From Candidatus Geohabitans tengchongensis (GTDB lineage: Bacteria; Sysuimicrobiota; Sysuimicrobiia; Sysuimicrobiales; Humicultoraceae), in assembly GCA_031459625.1 (NCBI GenBank), contig JAVKIH010000002.1, positions 145,940-209,939 on the forward strand: a DNA stretch of 64,000 bases, written 5' to 3'. Made by a program: the position numbers and the translations under genes. Every line of letters begins with the position of its first letter. Positions within the stretch are counted from its first letter, which is position 1. A model generated the notes under the pieces. The model saw nothing but the letters and a program-made list of their open reading frames with translations. It made no database searches and was not told where the DNA came from. This document shows positions 47,941 to 56,362 of the stretch, one piece after another.

Positions 47941-48626
47941 GGCACGGGCGCCGGATGGCGGGGCTCGCCGCCCAGCCGGCCCGCAGCGGCCAGGCGGACG
48001 ATCCCTTCCAGCAGGCGGCGGCCGGTCGCCCCGCTCTTCTCCGGGTGGAACTGCACCCCGAGGAGCGCTCCACGGCCCACCACTGCCGCCACGGGGCCGC
48101 CGTAGTCGGTGACGGCCAGGACATCCTCCGTGCGGCCCGGGCGCACGACGTAGCTGTGGACGAAGTAGGCCCACGCGCCCTCGAGGCCGTCCAGCACCGG
48201 GTGCGCGGCCGTGCAGCGCAGGCGGTTCCAGCCCATGTGCGGGACCTTCAGCTCCGCCGGCAGCCGGACCACCTCGCCGGGGAGCAGCCCCAGCCCCTCC
48301 GCCCCGCCGCCTTCGCCGCTGCGCTCGAAGAGCAGCTGCATCCCCAGGCAGACGCCCAGCAGCGGGGTGCCCCGTCGCACCTCCTCCACCAGCCAGGCCG
48401 GAAACCCGGCGGCGGCCAGACGGGCCATGGCCGGCGGGAAGGCGCCCACACCGGGCAGCACCAGCAACGCCCACGGACCGGCTTCCGGCGCGGGCGCGGG
48501 CAACACCGTCACCGCCGCACCCGCGCGGGTGAGCGCGCCCACCAGGCTGAAGAGGTTGCCGGCCCCGTAGTCGATCACGCCGACGCGCGGGGCCTGCGGC
48601 ACGGACGGGGCGCCCGGAGCGCTCAC
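47937..48626 (-). CDS. hisH: Imidazole glycerol phosphate synthase glutamine amidotransferase subunit HisH
   Basis: ~229 aa from GTG; GVIDYGAGNL, GVCLGMQ (catalytic Cys), HPEKS; GTGA overlap with hisB stop. Confidence 0.85.
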   Translation of the reverse strand: MSAPGAPSVPQAPRVGVIDYGAGNLFSLVGALTRAGAAVTVLPAPAPEAGPWALLVLPGVGAFPPAMARLAAAGFPAWLVEEVRRGTPLLGVCLGMQLLFERSGEGGGAEGLGLLPGEVVRLPAELKVPHMGWNRLRCTAAHPVLDGLEGAWAYFVHSYVVRPGRTEDVLAVTDYGGPVAAVVGRGALLGVQFHPEKSGATGRRLLEGIVRLAAAGRLGGEPRHPAPVP

Positions 48627-49249
48627 AGCACGCCCTTCGTCGAGGGGATGGCCTCGCCGCGCACCCGGGTAGCCCGTCCCAGGACGATCCCCGTCCCCTT
48701 GAAGGCCGCCTCCAGCACGTGGTGCGCGTTCTCGCCGTGCCACTGCACCAGGTGGAGCGTGACCGCGGCGTGCGTGGTGAAGGCACGGAAGAACTCCCGC
48801 GCGAGGTCGGTGGGGAACGTGCCGAGGAGCTGCGGCGGCACGGTCAGCCCGTAGTGCAGGTAGGGGCGGCCGCCCACGTCGACGGCGGCCAGCACGAGCG
48901 CGTCGTCCATGGGCACGTGCTGCGAGGCGAAGCGCACGATCCCCTGCCCGCTGCCGACGGCCTCGCGCAGGGCCTGGCCCAGCACGATCCCCGTGTCCTC
49001 GACGGTGTGGTGGGGGTCGACCGCCAGGTCGCCCCGCGCGTGGACCTCCAGGTCGAAGCCGCTGTGCCGGGCCAGGGCGGTGAGCATGTGGTCGAGGAAG
49101 GGCACCCCGGTCGCCACCACGCTCTCGCCGGCACCGTCCAGGGTGAGCGCCACGGTCACCGCCGTCTCGGCGGTGCGGCGCTCCACGCGCGCCAACCGCA
49201 GGGCGCGCTCCCCGCCGCCCGCTGCCGACGCGCGCGCCCCCGGCGGCAT
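48623..49249 (-). CDS. hisB: Imidazoleglycerol-phosphate dehydratase HisB
   Basis: 208 aa; IGPD motifs (HHTVEDTGIVLG, HVLEAAFKG). Confidence 0.9.
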   Translation of the reverse strand: MPPGARASAAGGGERALRLARVERRTAETAVTVALTLDGAGESVVATGVPFLDHMLTALARHSGFDLEVHARGDLAVDPHHTVEDTGIVLGQALREAVGSGQGIVRFASQHVPMDDALVLAAVDVGGRPYLHYGLTVPPQLLGTFPTDLAREFFRAFTTHAAVTLHLVQWHGENAHHVLEAAFKGTGIVLGRATRVRGEAIPSTKGVL

Positions 49250-50400
49250 CAGGCGCCCTCCCCCAGCACGCGCCGCAGGGCGGCGACGAACCGGTCGTCC
49301 TCCCCCGGCTGCCCCACGCTCACCCGCAGGCAGCCGGCCAGCGCCGGCCAGGCGGAGACGTCGCGCACCAGCACCCCGTGCGCCAGGAGGCGCGCCGCCA
49401 CCTCGGGCGCGGGCAGCGGCGTGCGAAAGAGGAGGAAGTTGGCGTCGGAGGGGAAGACGGTGACACCCGGCACCTCTCGGAGCGCACCGGCCAGCCGCTC
49501 CCGCTCCGCCACCACCGTCCGCACCCGCTCGGCCACGAGGTCGGGGCGTTCCGCCGCGGCCCGGGCCGCCTCCAGCGAGAAGACGTTCAGCGTGTAGGGT
49601 GGCAACGCCCGGCGCACCGCGCCGATGACCTCCGGGTCGGCGACGATCCAGCCGATCCGTGCGCCGGCGAGCGCCAACGCCTTCGACGCGGTACGCAGCA
49701 GGGCGACGTGCGGGTACCGGTCTAGCAGCGGCCGGTGCGTGCGCCCGGCGAAGGCGGCATAAGCCTCGTCGACCACCACGAGCCCGGGGGCGCCGCGCAC
49801 GACCGCCTCCACGGCCTCGGGGGAGAAGGCGTTCCCGGTAGGGTTGTTGGGCGAGGTGAGGAAGACCACGGGCGCGGTCTCGCCCGAACCCGCCCCATCC
49901 GCTGCCGGTTCGCCCGCTGCCGTCTGGCGCGCGGTTGCGTGGCGCGCGGCCGCCAGCACCGCCCCGGGGTCGAGCGCGAAGTTAGGGCGCAGCGGCACCT
50001 CGACCAGACGCGCGCCGGCGCTCGCCGCCAGCGCCCGGACCATCGAGTACCCGGGCACCGGGAAGACCACGGCACCGCCGGCGGCGAAGGCCAGCAGCAC
50101 TCCCAGGATGGCCTCGTTGGAGCCGTTCGTCGCCAGCATCATCTCCGGGTCGACGCCCTCCAGGCGGGCCAGCGCCGCGCGCACCTCCGCCGCGTCGGCC
50201 TCCGGGTAGCGGTGCCACGCCCGGGCGGCCACGCGCTCCAGGACGACGCGCTTGAGGTCGGCCGGCCAGTCGGCCGGGCTCTCGTTCCGGTTGAGCCGCA
50301 CCGGCGCGTGCTGCGCGACCCGGTACAGGGGCAGCGCGGCCACTTCCGGGCGGGGCCGGGCGCGCTGCGGGATCGGGCGGACGCCGGGGCGCGGCATCAC
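49249..50400 (-). CDS. hisC: Histidinol-phosphate aminotransferase HisC
   Basis: 383 aa class I/II aminotransferase with SPNNPTG and TASKALALAGARIG (PLP-Lys) blocks. Confidence 0.85.
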   Translation of the reverse strand: MMPRPGVRPIPQRARPRPEVAALPLYRVAQHAPVRLNRNESPADWPADLKRVVLERVAARAWHRYPEADAAEVRAALARLEGVDPEMMLATNGSNEAILGVLLAFAAGGAVVFPVPGYSMVRALAASAGARLVEVPLRPNFALDPGAVLAAARHATARQTAAGEPAADGAGSGETAPVVFLTSPNNPTGNAFSPEAVEAVVRGAPGLVVVDEAYAAFAGRTHRPLLDRYPHVALLRTASKALALAGARIGWIVADPEVIGAVRRALPPYTLNVFSLEAARAAAERPDLVAERVRTVVAERERLAGALREVPGVTVFPSDANFLLFRTPLPAPEVAARLLAHGVLVRDVSAWPALAGCLRVSVGQPGEDDRFVAALRRVLGEGA

Positions 50401-50422
50401 GCGGGGCTCACGAACGGCCGAT

Positions 50423-51052
50423 TCATGTGGCCTGCACCGCAGGCGCCACCGCCTCGAGCAGCGCCCGCACGCCCGGCGCCTTGAGCCGCAGGCTCACCCG
50501 GTTTACCACCAACCGGGCGGTGGAGCGGAAGACCTCGGCCACCTCGACCAGGCGGTTCGCCCGCAGCGTGCGACCGGTCATCACCAGGTCGACGATGGCG
50601 TCCGCCAGGCCCACCTGCGGGGCCAGCTCCAGCGCCCCGTGCAGGACGATGACCTCCACCGGACGGCGGGCCTGCTCGAAGAACCGCGCCGTCACGCGCG
50701 GGTAGCGGGTGGCCACGCGCAGCGGGGCCGAGCCGGCGAGCAGCGCCTCCCGGCCGGCCGGCACCGCCACCACAGCCCGGCAGGCGCCGAACCCCAGGTC
50801 GGCCAGCTCGTAGACGTCGGCCTCCTGCTCGAGGAGCAGGTCCTGGCCGACGATGCCCGCGTCGGCCGCGCCGTGCTCCACGTACGTGAGGATGTCGAGC
50901 GGCTTGGCCACGAGGATGCGCCCGCCCTCCGGCCCCGGCAGGACGAGGGCGCGCTCGGGCGGCGGGGCGTCGAGCAGCCGGAGCCGCTGCAGCAGCGCCA
51001 CGGCCTCGGGGAAGAGGCGGCCGGTGGGGACGGCCAGCGTCAGTGGCTCCAC
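50423..51052 (-). CDS. hisG: ATP phosphoribosyltransferase catalytic subunit HisG (short form)
   Basis: ~209 aa from GTG (VEPLTLAVPTGRLFPEA…); short HisG partnered with HisZ. Confidence 0.8.
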   Translation of the reverse strand: MEPLTLAVPTGRLFPEAVALLQRLRLLDAPPPERALVLPGPEGGRILVAKPLDILTYVEHGAADAGIVGQDLLLEQEADVYELADLGFGACRAVVAVPAGREALLAGSAPLRVATRYPRVTARFFEQARRPVEVIVLHGALELAPQVGLADAIVDLVMTGRTLRANRLVEVAEVFRSTARLVVNRVSLRLKAPGVRALLEAVAPAVQAT

Positions 51053-52254
51053 GCTCCCACCTCCGGACCCCCGGCCACCTGGTGGGCGTCCGCGGCGGCC
51101 ACCACGTCGGCGGCCCCTGCCACCGGCACGCGCCGCTCGACGGTGGGACCGTCGCCGCGGAGCCGGCGCACGCGAGCACCGTCGCCGTCCACCCACATCA
51201 CCCAGCGCGCGCCTTCGCGCCCGGCCCGGTCCAGGGTCTTCTCCCAGGAGCGGCCCGGCTCGGCGATGACGGCGGCCCCGGCCTCGCGCAGGCCGCGGGC
51301 CAGGCGCAACGCGGAGGCGCGCGCCGTCGGTTCCGCCCAGGCGATGAGGACGTCCAGCTCCTCCTCGCCGTCCGCGACGAGGGCCACCACGCGGTCGACG
51401 CCCAGGGCGAACCCCGTCGCCGGGGCAGGGGTCCCGAAGGCGGCCAGGAGGCCATCGTACCGCCCGCCGCCGAGCAGCGGGTAGCCCGAGCCGGCCCCGT
51501 AGCCCTCGAAGACGACGCCGGTGTAGTAGCTGAAGTCCCGGATGATGCTGAGGTCGACCGCCGCCGCCTCGCCCACACCGTGCTCCTCCAGCCGGCCCAG
51601 CAGCGCCTCGAGCCCCGCGAGCGCGGCCTCCCCGCGTTCCGTGCGCACCACCGCCCGCGCCGCCGCCAGGGCGTCACCCCCCTGCAGCAGCGGCAGCTCG
51701 CGAAGGAACGCGCCGAGGTGCCGGTCGGGGACCGTCGTCTCGATGCCGGCGAACTGCTTGCGGTAGAGACGGGCCACGAGCGCGTCCCGCGTCTCCGGGG
51801 GCAGCGCGCCCAGGGCGTCGTCCAGGAAGCCGATGTGGCCCACCGTCACGACCGGCCGGGCGATGCCGGCGCGCCGCAGCGCCTCCACGGCCAGCGCGAT
51901 CACCTCGGCGTCCGCGTCTACGCCGTCCTCGCCCAGGCGCTCGACCCCGGCCTGCGTGAACTCCCGCAGCCGCCCCCGCCCCTCCTCCTGCTCCCGGTAG
52001 ACCGGCGCCACGTAGGCCAGGCGCAGCGGCCCGGCGGCATCCGGCAGGAGACGGGTGGCGGCCAGCCGGGCGATGGAGACGGTCAGGTCGGGGCGCAGGG
52101 CCAGCAGCTCCCCCCGCCGGCCGACCACCTTGAAGAGGCGGTCCTGGATCCCGGGCCCGCCGCCGTGGACGAGCGTCTCCAGGTACTCCAGCGCGGGGGT
52201 GAGGACCTCGCGGTAGCCCCAGGCGCGGAAGGTGCCCCGCAGGCGGCCGACCAC
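51040..52254 (-). CDS. hisZ: ATP phosphoribosyltransferase regulatory subunit HisZ; true start probably ~31 codons upstream (CTG near 52347) with no canonical start codon available
   Basis: Class-II aaRS-like HisZ sequence; conserved N-terminal LPRGLRDLAPAEA block lies upstream of the first GTG/ATG, in-frame after a TAA at ~52363, and is preceded by SD AAAGGAG. Confidence 0.8.
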   Translation of the reverse strand: MVGRLRGTFRAWGYREVLTPALEYLETLVHGGGPGIQDRLFKVVGRRGELLALRPDLTVSIARLAATRLLPDAAGPLRLAYVAPVYREQEEGRGRLREFTQAGVERLGEDGVDADAEVIALAVEALRRAGIARPVVTVGHIGFLDDALGALPPETRDALVARLYRKQFAGIETTVPDRHLGAFLRELPLLQGGDALAAARAVVRTERGEAALAGLEALLGRLEEHGVGEAAAVDLSIIRDFSYYTGVVFEGYGAGSGYPLLGGGRYDGLLAAFGTPAPATGFALGVDRVVALVADGEEELDVLIAWAEPTARASALRLARGLREAGAAVIAEPGRSWEKTLDRAGREGARWVMWVDGDGARVRRLRGDGPTVERRVPVAGAADVVAAADAHQVAGGPEVGAWSH

Positions 52255-52363
52255 CCGCAGGTGGCGGGCCGCCTCGGCGGGGGCCAGGTCGCGCAGGCCG
52301 CGGGGCAGCGCGGCCCAGCGCTGGCGGGGGCCGGTGCGCAGGCGCAGCGAGACTTCACTCCTT

Positions 52364-52390
52364 TAGCAAGTTAAATTGCTACCGAAGCAA
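52364..52390 (-). promoter_or_regulatory. Low-GC hisZ leader with three mutually exclusive pairing elements TAGCAA / TTGCTA / AGCAA adjacent to the hisZ SD
   Basis: Read directly (…tTAGCAAgttaaaTTGCTAccgaAGCAAa…); may also terminate the upstream FTR1 transcript. Confidence 0.35.
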
Positions 52391-52468
52391 ACTGCCGTTG
52401 AGGATACCCCGGCGGTGGCCGGCACGTCAACCCGGTGGGGCGGCAGGGCGGCCGCGGCGCGAGGTCGG

Positions 52469-53302
52469 CTAACCGACGCGCTCGGTCGTCGGGCGCAGCT
52501 CCCGGAGGGTGGGCGGGCGGAAGTAGGCCCACCCCACGAGCCCGAGGTAGCCCCCGTAGGCCACGACCTCCACCAGCGAGGGGTCGCCGTTGTAGCCGAA
52601 GAGCGCGGCCAGGAAACTCCCCAAGAGGGACCGTTCGTCCAGCACGGCGTTCGTGTTCCAGACGGGCTCCACGAGCGCCGGTACCAGGCCGGCCTCGTGG
52701 AACTCGTGAAGGCCGTGGGCGAGCAACCCGGCCGCGAAGAGGAGCAGCAGGATGCTGGTGACGTTGAAGAACGCCCGCAGGTTCAGCCGGTAGGTGCCGC
52801 GGTAGAGCAGGTAGCCCAGCACCGCCGCGGCCGCGAGGCCGAGCCCTCCGCCCAGCAGCGCCGCGGAGGCCGAGGCGGTCGTGATCGCCGCGATCATGAA
52901 GAGGACGGTCTCGAGCCCTTCCCGCCCCACCGCGACGAAGGCCAGCAGGCCCAGCGCCCACAGGGAGCCGGATTCCAGCGCCGTCTGCACCTGGGCCTGC
53001 AGGTGCGCCCGGATGCCGATGGCCTGACGCCGCATCCAGAAGATCATGTAGGCGAGGACGCCCGCGGCCGCCACCATGGTAGCGCCCTCGAAGATCTCCT
53101 CGGCGTGCCCCTCCAGGCCCCCAGCCGTGAGGAAGATCGCTACGCCGGCGGCCACGCTGAGCACGATGCTCGACACGGTCCCCAGCCAGACGGCGCCCGC
53201 CTTGTCCCGGTGTCCGGTCCTGGCCAGGTAGGCCAGGATGATGCCGAGGATCAGCGCCGCTTCCAGACCCTCCCGCAGGGTGATCAGCAGAGACGAAGCC
53301 AT
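52469..53302 (-). CDS. FTR1-family high-affinity iron permease (EfeU/FTR1-like)
   Basis: Two REGLE motifs (LREGLEAAL, GREGLETVLF), 7 TM; start at MASSLLITLREG. Confidence 0.8.
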   Translation of the reverse strand: MASSLLITLREGLEAALILGIILAYLARTGHRDKAGAVWLGTVSSIVLSVAAGVAIFLTAGGLEGHAEEIFEGATMVAAAGVLAYMIFWMRRQAIGIRAHLQAQVQTALESGSLWALGLLAFVAVGREGLETVLFMIAAITTASASAALLGGGLGLAAAAVLGYLLYRGTYRLNLRAFFNVTSILLLLFAAGLLAHGLHEFHEAGLVPALVEPVWNTNAVLDERSLLGSFLAALFGYNGDPSLVEVVAYGGYLGLVGWAYFRPPTLRELRPTTERVG

Positions 53303-53425
53303 CGCTGCTCCTCTCCTGGGCCCGCGCGCGGGCTCGTGGGCCGGCGCGCGGGCTCGACGTGCCGGGGCCCGGGTGTCACGCCGCGGGTAGGCTACCTCGG
53401 TGCGTGCGGCGACAACAAGGGGATT

Positions 53426-53443
53426 GCCGAACAATCGTTGTTA
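53426..53443. promoter_or_regulatory. Second copy of the 18-bp candidate Fur-family operator GCCGAACAATCGTTGTTA, ~125 nt upstream of the FTR1 start; preceded by ACAACAAG half-site
   Basis: Identical 18-mer to 2275-2292. Confidence 0.55.
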
Positions 53444-53523
53444 CCAGCCAACAGGAGATGCGTCGGCCTGCGTGCGGGTCTCCGCTCTCCAGGGTGGTGC
53501 AGGAACCAGGCCAGCGGGGCGCC

Positions 53524-53862
53524 TCAACCGCGGCCCCCCCGCCCCGGGCGCACACCCAGACGGGTGAGCACCAGGCGGTAGCCGTCGGCGCCGTACTCCA
53601 GGAAGCGGCGCACACGGCTGATGGTGGCGCTGCTGGCCCCCGTGCGCGCCGCCACCTCCTGGTAGGTCCGTCCCTCGAAGAGGAGGCGGGCGATCTCCAG
53701 GCGCTGCGCCATCGCCTTGAACTCGCCGATGGTGGCGACGTCCTCGAAGAACCGGTAGCACTCCTCCACGGAGGTGAGGGTGAGCACCGCCTGGCAGAAC
53801 CGGTCGGCCAGCGGGTCCTTCAGGCGCGGGTTGATGGGACGCCGGGGGCGTGGCACGGCCAT
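53524..53862 (-). CDS. YerC/YecD family TrpR-like DNA-binding protein
   Basis: 112 aa; TrpR-related YerC signature (ECYRFFEDVATIGE…QRLEIARLL). Confidence 0.75.
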   Translation of the reverse strand: MAVPRPRRPINPRLKDPLADRFCQAVLTLTSVEECYRFFEDVATIGEFKAMAQRLEIARLLFEGRTYQEVAARTGASSATISRVRRFLEYGADGYRLVLTRLGVRPGRGGRG

Positions 53863-53980
53863 GGCTGCTGCCTGCTTCCCCGGCCTCGGCGCATCCTCCT
53901 GCGCCCGCTGAGGCCTGGACCCCCGGCATCACGCGGCCCATGGTGCCCGCGGATGAGCAGGCCCTTCGGCGTGCGTCCCC

Positions 53981-54550
53981 TCAGTCCTCGAAGAGGGGCT
54001 TCAGCTCCAGCTCAAAGCCCGGGAGCTCCGGATCCAGTGGAACACGCGCGGGCTCGCGACTGACCTCAGGCGCGCGGCCCGGGCGGTGAACCTCCACCGT
54101 TCGCGTGTAGGGGTCCACCAGCACGGCCACCCGCGCGCCGTTCCTCAGGTAGGCCTGCAGCTTCTCACGCACCTCTTCGGCGTCCTGCCCCCGTGAGCGG
54201 AGTTCAAAGACCGCGTCCGGGCACAGGGGCACGAACCCCTCCCGTTCCTGCCGGGTCAGGACCTCCCACCGCTCTCGGGACACCCAGGATGCGTCGGGAG
54301 AGAACAGCGCCCCGTCGGGAAGCCGAAATCCCGTGGAGGAGTCGAAGACGACACCGGTCCGGGTCCGCTCATTCCACCCCTGGAGCTGGTAGCCCAAGTT
54401 CACGCTGCGCCGCCCATGCTCTCCTCCCGGAGGGCTCACCACCAGCCTCCCGTCCGCGGTGCGCTCAAACTGATACCCCGGGTTCCGCTCCGAGAGCCGC
54501 AACAGCTCCTCGTCCGTTACCGCCCGCAGCAGGTCGATCCGAACCACCAC
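53981..54550 (-). CDS. Uma2 family endonuclease (DUF820, restriction-endonuclease-like fold)
   Basis: ~189 aa from GTG; Uma2/DUF820-like sequence with conserved D…E…K region. Confidence 0.6.
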   Translation of the reverse strand: MVVRIDLLRAVTDEELLRLSERNPGYQFERTADGRLVVSPPGGEHGRRSVNLGYQLQGWNERTRTGVVFDSSTGFRLPDGALFSPDASWVSRERWEVLTRQEREGFVPLCPDAVFELRSRGQDAEEVREKLQAYLRNGARVAVLVDPYTRTVEVHRPGRAPEVSREPARVPLDPELPGFELELKPLFED

Positions 54551-54647
54551 GGAAGACCTCCTCCCGGGCTCCGGAGAGCTCCGGAGAGATTGTAGCGTGC
54601 CGGCGAGACGATCCGGCCGCGACGGCGCCCTTCCTCCGGAACCCGGA

Positions 54648-55637
54648 TCAGTCGGGGATGTAGACCTCGTTGGCGCCGCTGAACGACCCGCCCGGGCGCG
54701 GCCCGCCGCTGAGGGCGTAGACGCGCCCCTCCAGCGCCACCGCGGCCAGCCCGTGGCGCGGCGTGGGCATGGGCGCGCGGGGGGTCCAGCTCCCCGTGCG
54801 CGTGTCGAACTCCTCGTTCTCGGGGTAGGTGGTGGGCCGGCCCAGTTCCCCGCCCATGACGAAGACGCGGGGACCCACCGCAGCCGCACCGTACCCGCTG
54901 CGCGGCGTCGGCATCGGTGCCGCCATGCGCCAGGTGTCGGCGGCCGGGTCGTAGACCTCGGTGACCGGCAGGTTCCGCCCACTCCGCCGTCCGCCGAAGG
55001 CATAGACCCTCCCATCCACCGCCACGGCCCCCAGGTGGTCGCGCGCCACGGCCATGGGGGCGAGCGCTCGCCACCGGTCCTGGTCCGGATCGTACAGCTC
55101 GACGGCCGTCACGTCGCCTCCCGGCCCCACGCCGCCCACGGCGATGATGCGCCCGTCCACGACCGCTGCGGCGAGCGCCCCGCGCGGGGTCGGCAGCGGC
55201 GCGCGCTGCCGCCAGCGGTCCTGTGCGGGGTCGTACTCGAAGACGGCGGCGAGCGGTGTCCAGCGCGCGTCGAACCCGCCGATGACGTAGAGCCGGCCGC
55301 CGACGGCGGCCGCGGCGGCGTGGTGCACGGCGATGGGCAGGGAGGTCCGGGGGTGCCAGGTGTTCGCGGCGGGATCGTACTCCTCCACCGCCCCCGTCAC
55401 CCCGCCCGGGACCAGACCGCCAATGACGTAGATCCGCCCGCCCAGCGCGGCCCCCGCCACCTCGGTGCGCTCTGAGGGCATCCGTGCCCGGGACTCCCAG
55501 CGTCCCGCACCGGGGGCAGCCCGCAGCGGGACCGCCTGCGTGCTGAGGAGCGCCAGGACGGTCAGGAAGGCCAGGGCAGGGGCAGGCGGGGTGGAGACGG
55601 GGCGGAGGGCCTGACCGGGCGAGATGCGCGCCATCAC
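54648..55637 (-). CDS. Secreted Kelch-repeat beta-propeller protein
   Basis: Signal peptide; six repeats of GGxxYVxGG…W-type Kelch blades. Confidence 0.75.
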   Translation of the reverse strand: MMARISPGQALRPVSTPPAPALAFLTVLALLSTQAVPLRAAPGAGRWESRARMPSERTEVAGAALGGRIYVIGGLVPGGVTGAVEEYDPAANTWHPRTSLPIAVHHAAAAAVGGRLYVIGGFDARWTPLAAVFEYDPAQDRWRQRAPLPTPRGALAAAVVDGRIIAVGGVGPGGDVTAVELYDPDQDRWRALAPMAVARDHLGAVAVDGRVYAFGGRRSGRNLPVTEVYDPAADTWRMAAPMPTPRSGYGAAAVGPRVFVMGGELGRPTTYPENEEFDTRTGSWTPRAPMPTPRHGLAAVALEGRVYALSGGPRPGGSFSGANEVYIPD

Positions 55638-55703
55638 CCGCGCAGGCGAGCGGGACGCAGGGACGGCCGGACCTTCATCGGTTGAGCACGGGTTGGGCGA
55701 CGC

Positions 55704-56249
55704 TCAGGTGCGCACGGCCCGGCGCGGCTGGTTGACGCGCGCGGTCCGGCGCGGCTTGGAGGGCGCGCCGTCGAGGCGGGCGGGCAGCGTCTCCTCCCAG
55801 GTGACGATGCTGTGGAAGAAGACGCGGTCGCCCTCCTCCAGGCCGCGCGTCACCTCGGTGATGTGGACACTCGTGGCGCCAAACTCCTTCAGCGCGTACT
55901 CCACGGCGGCCTCGGGCTTGGCCTCGTTCCCACAGGTGAAGATGTCCAGCGCCACGTAGCGGAGCTCGGGCCAGGTGTGCACGGAGAGGTGCGACTCGGA
56001 GATCACGACGACGCCGGAGACGCCGTTCGGGTTGAACCGGTGGAAGGAGATCGCCCAGACCTGGACCCGAGCCGCCTCGGCGGCGCGCACCAGGATCTGC
56101 TCCACGCGCTCGACGCTCCCGATGACCTCCGGGGTGCAGCCGGAGGCCTCGACGATGTAGTGGTGACCCACGGCGTCCACTGGTCCCACCTCCCCCCGAA
56201 CCGCAGCAGCGGTGTGCTCCCGGCGACGCGCAGTGCGCCGGCCTTCCAT
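55704..56249 (-). CDS. speH: S-adenosylmethionine decarboxylase proenzyme (class 1B, SpeH/SpeD)
   Basis: Self-processing motif VVISESHLSVHTWPE; leaderless ATG directly downstream of a consensus promoter. Confidence 0.8.
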   Translation of the reverse strand: MEGRRTARRREHTAAAVRGEVGPVDAVGHHYIVEASGCTPEVIGSVERVEQILVRAAEAARVQVWAISFHRFNPNGVSGVVVISESHLSVHTWPELRYVALDIFTCGNEAKPEAAVEYALKEFGATSVHITEVTRGLEEGDRVFFHSIVTWEETLPARLDGAPSKPRRTARVNQPRRAVRT

Positions 56250-56259
56250 GACGGCGTGG

Positions 56260-56287
56260 AGTATAACACCCCCCCTCCCCCTGTCAA
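56260..56287 (-). promoter_or_regulatory. Near-consensus sigma-70-type promoter on the minus strand: -35 TTGACA, 16-nt G-rich spacer, -10 TATACT, ending ~10 nt before the speH ATG (leaderless transcript)
   Basis: Minus-strand reading gcgTTGACAgggggagggggggtgtTATACTccacgccgtcATG. Confidence 0.6.
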
Positions 56288-56362
56288 CGCGACGGCTGGC
56301 ATGAACCCCGGAGGCCGCTCGGACGTTTCACCGGCGGCGAGGCATCGAGGCTCGCCGGAGGG

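Noticed and set aside
53981-55015. Uma2 (DUF820) endonuclease as part of a defence island
   Set aside because: Single gene with no partnering methyltransferase, ATPase or other defence genes nearby. Flanked by housekeeping or secreted proteins (YerC, Kelch). Treated as a stand-alone Uma2 family member.
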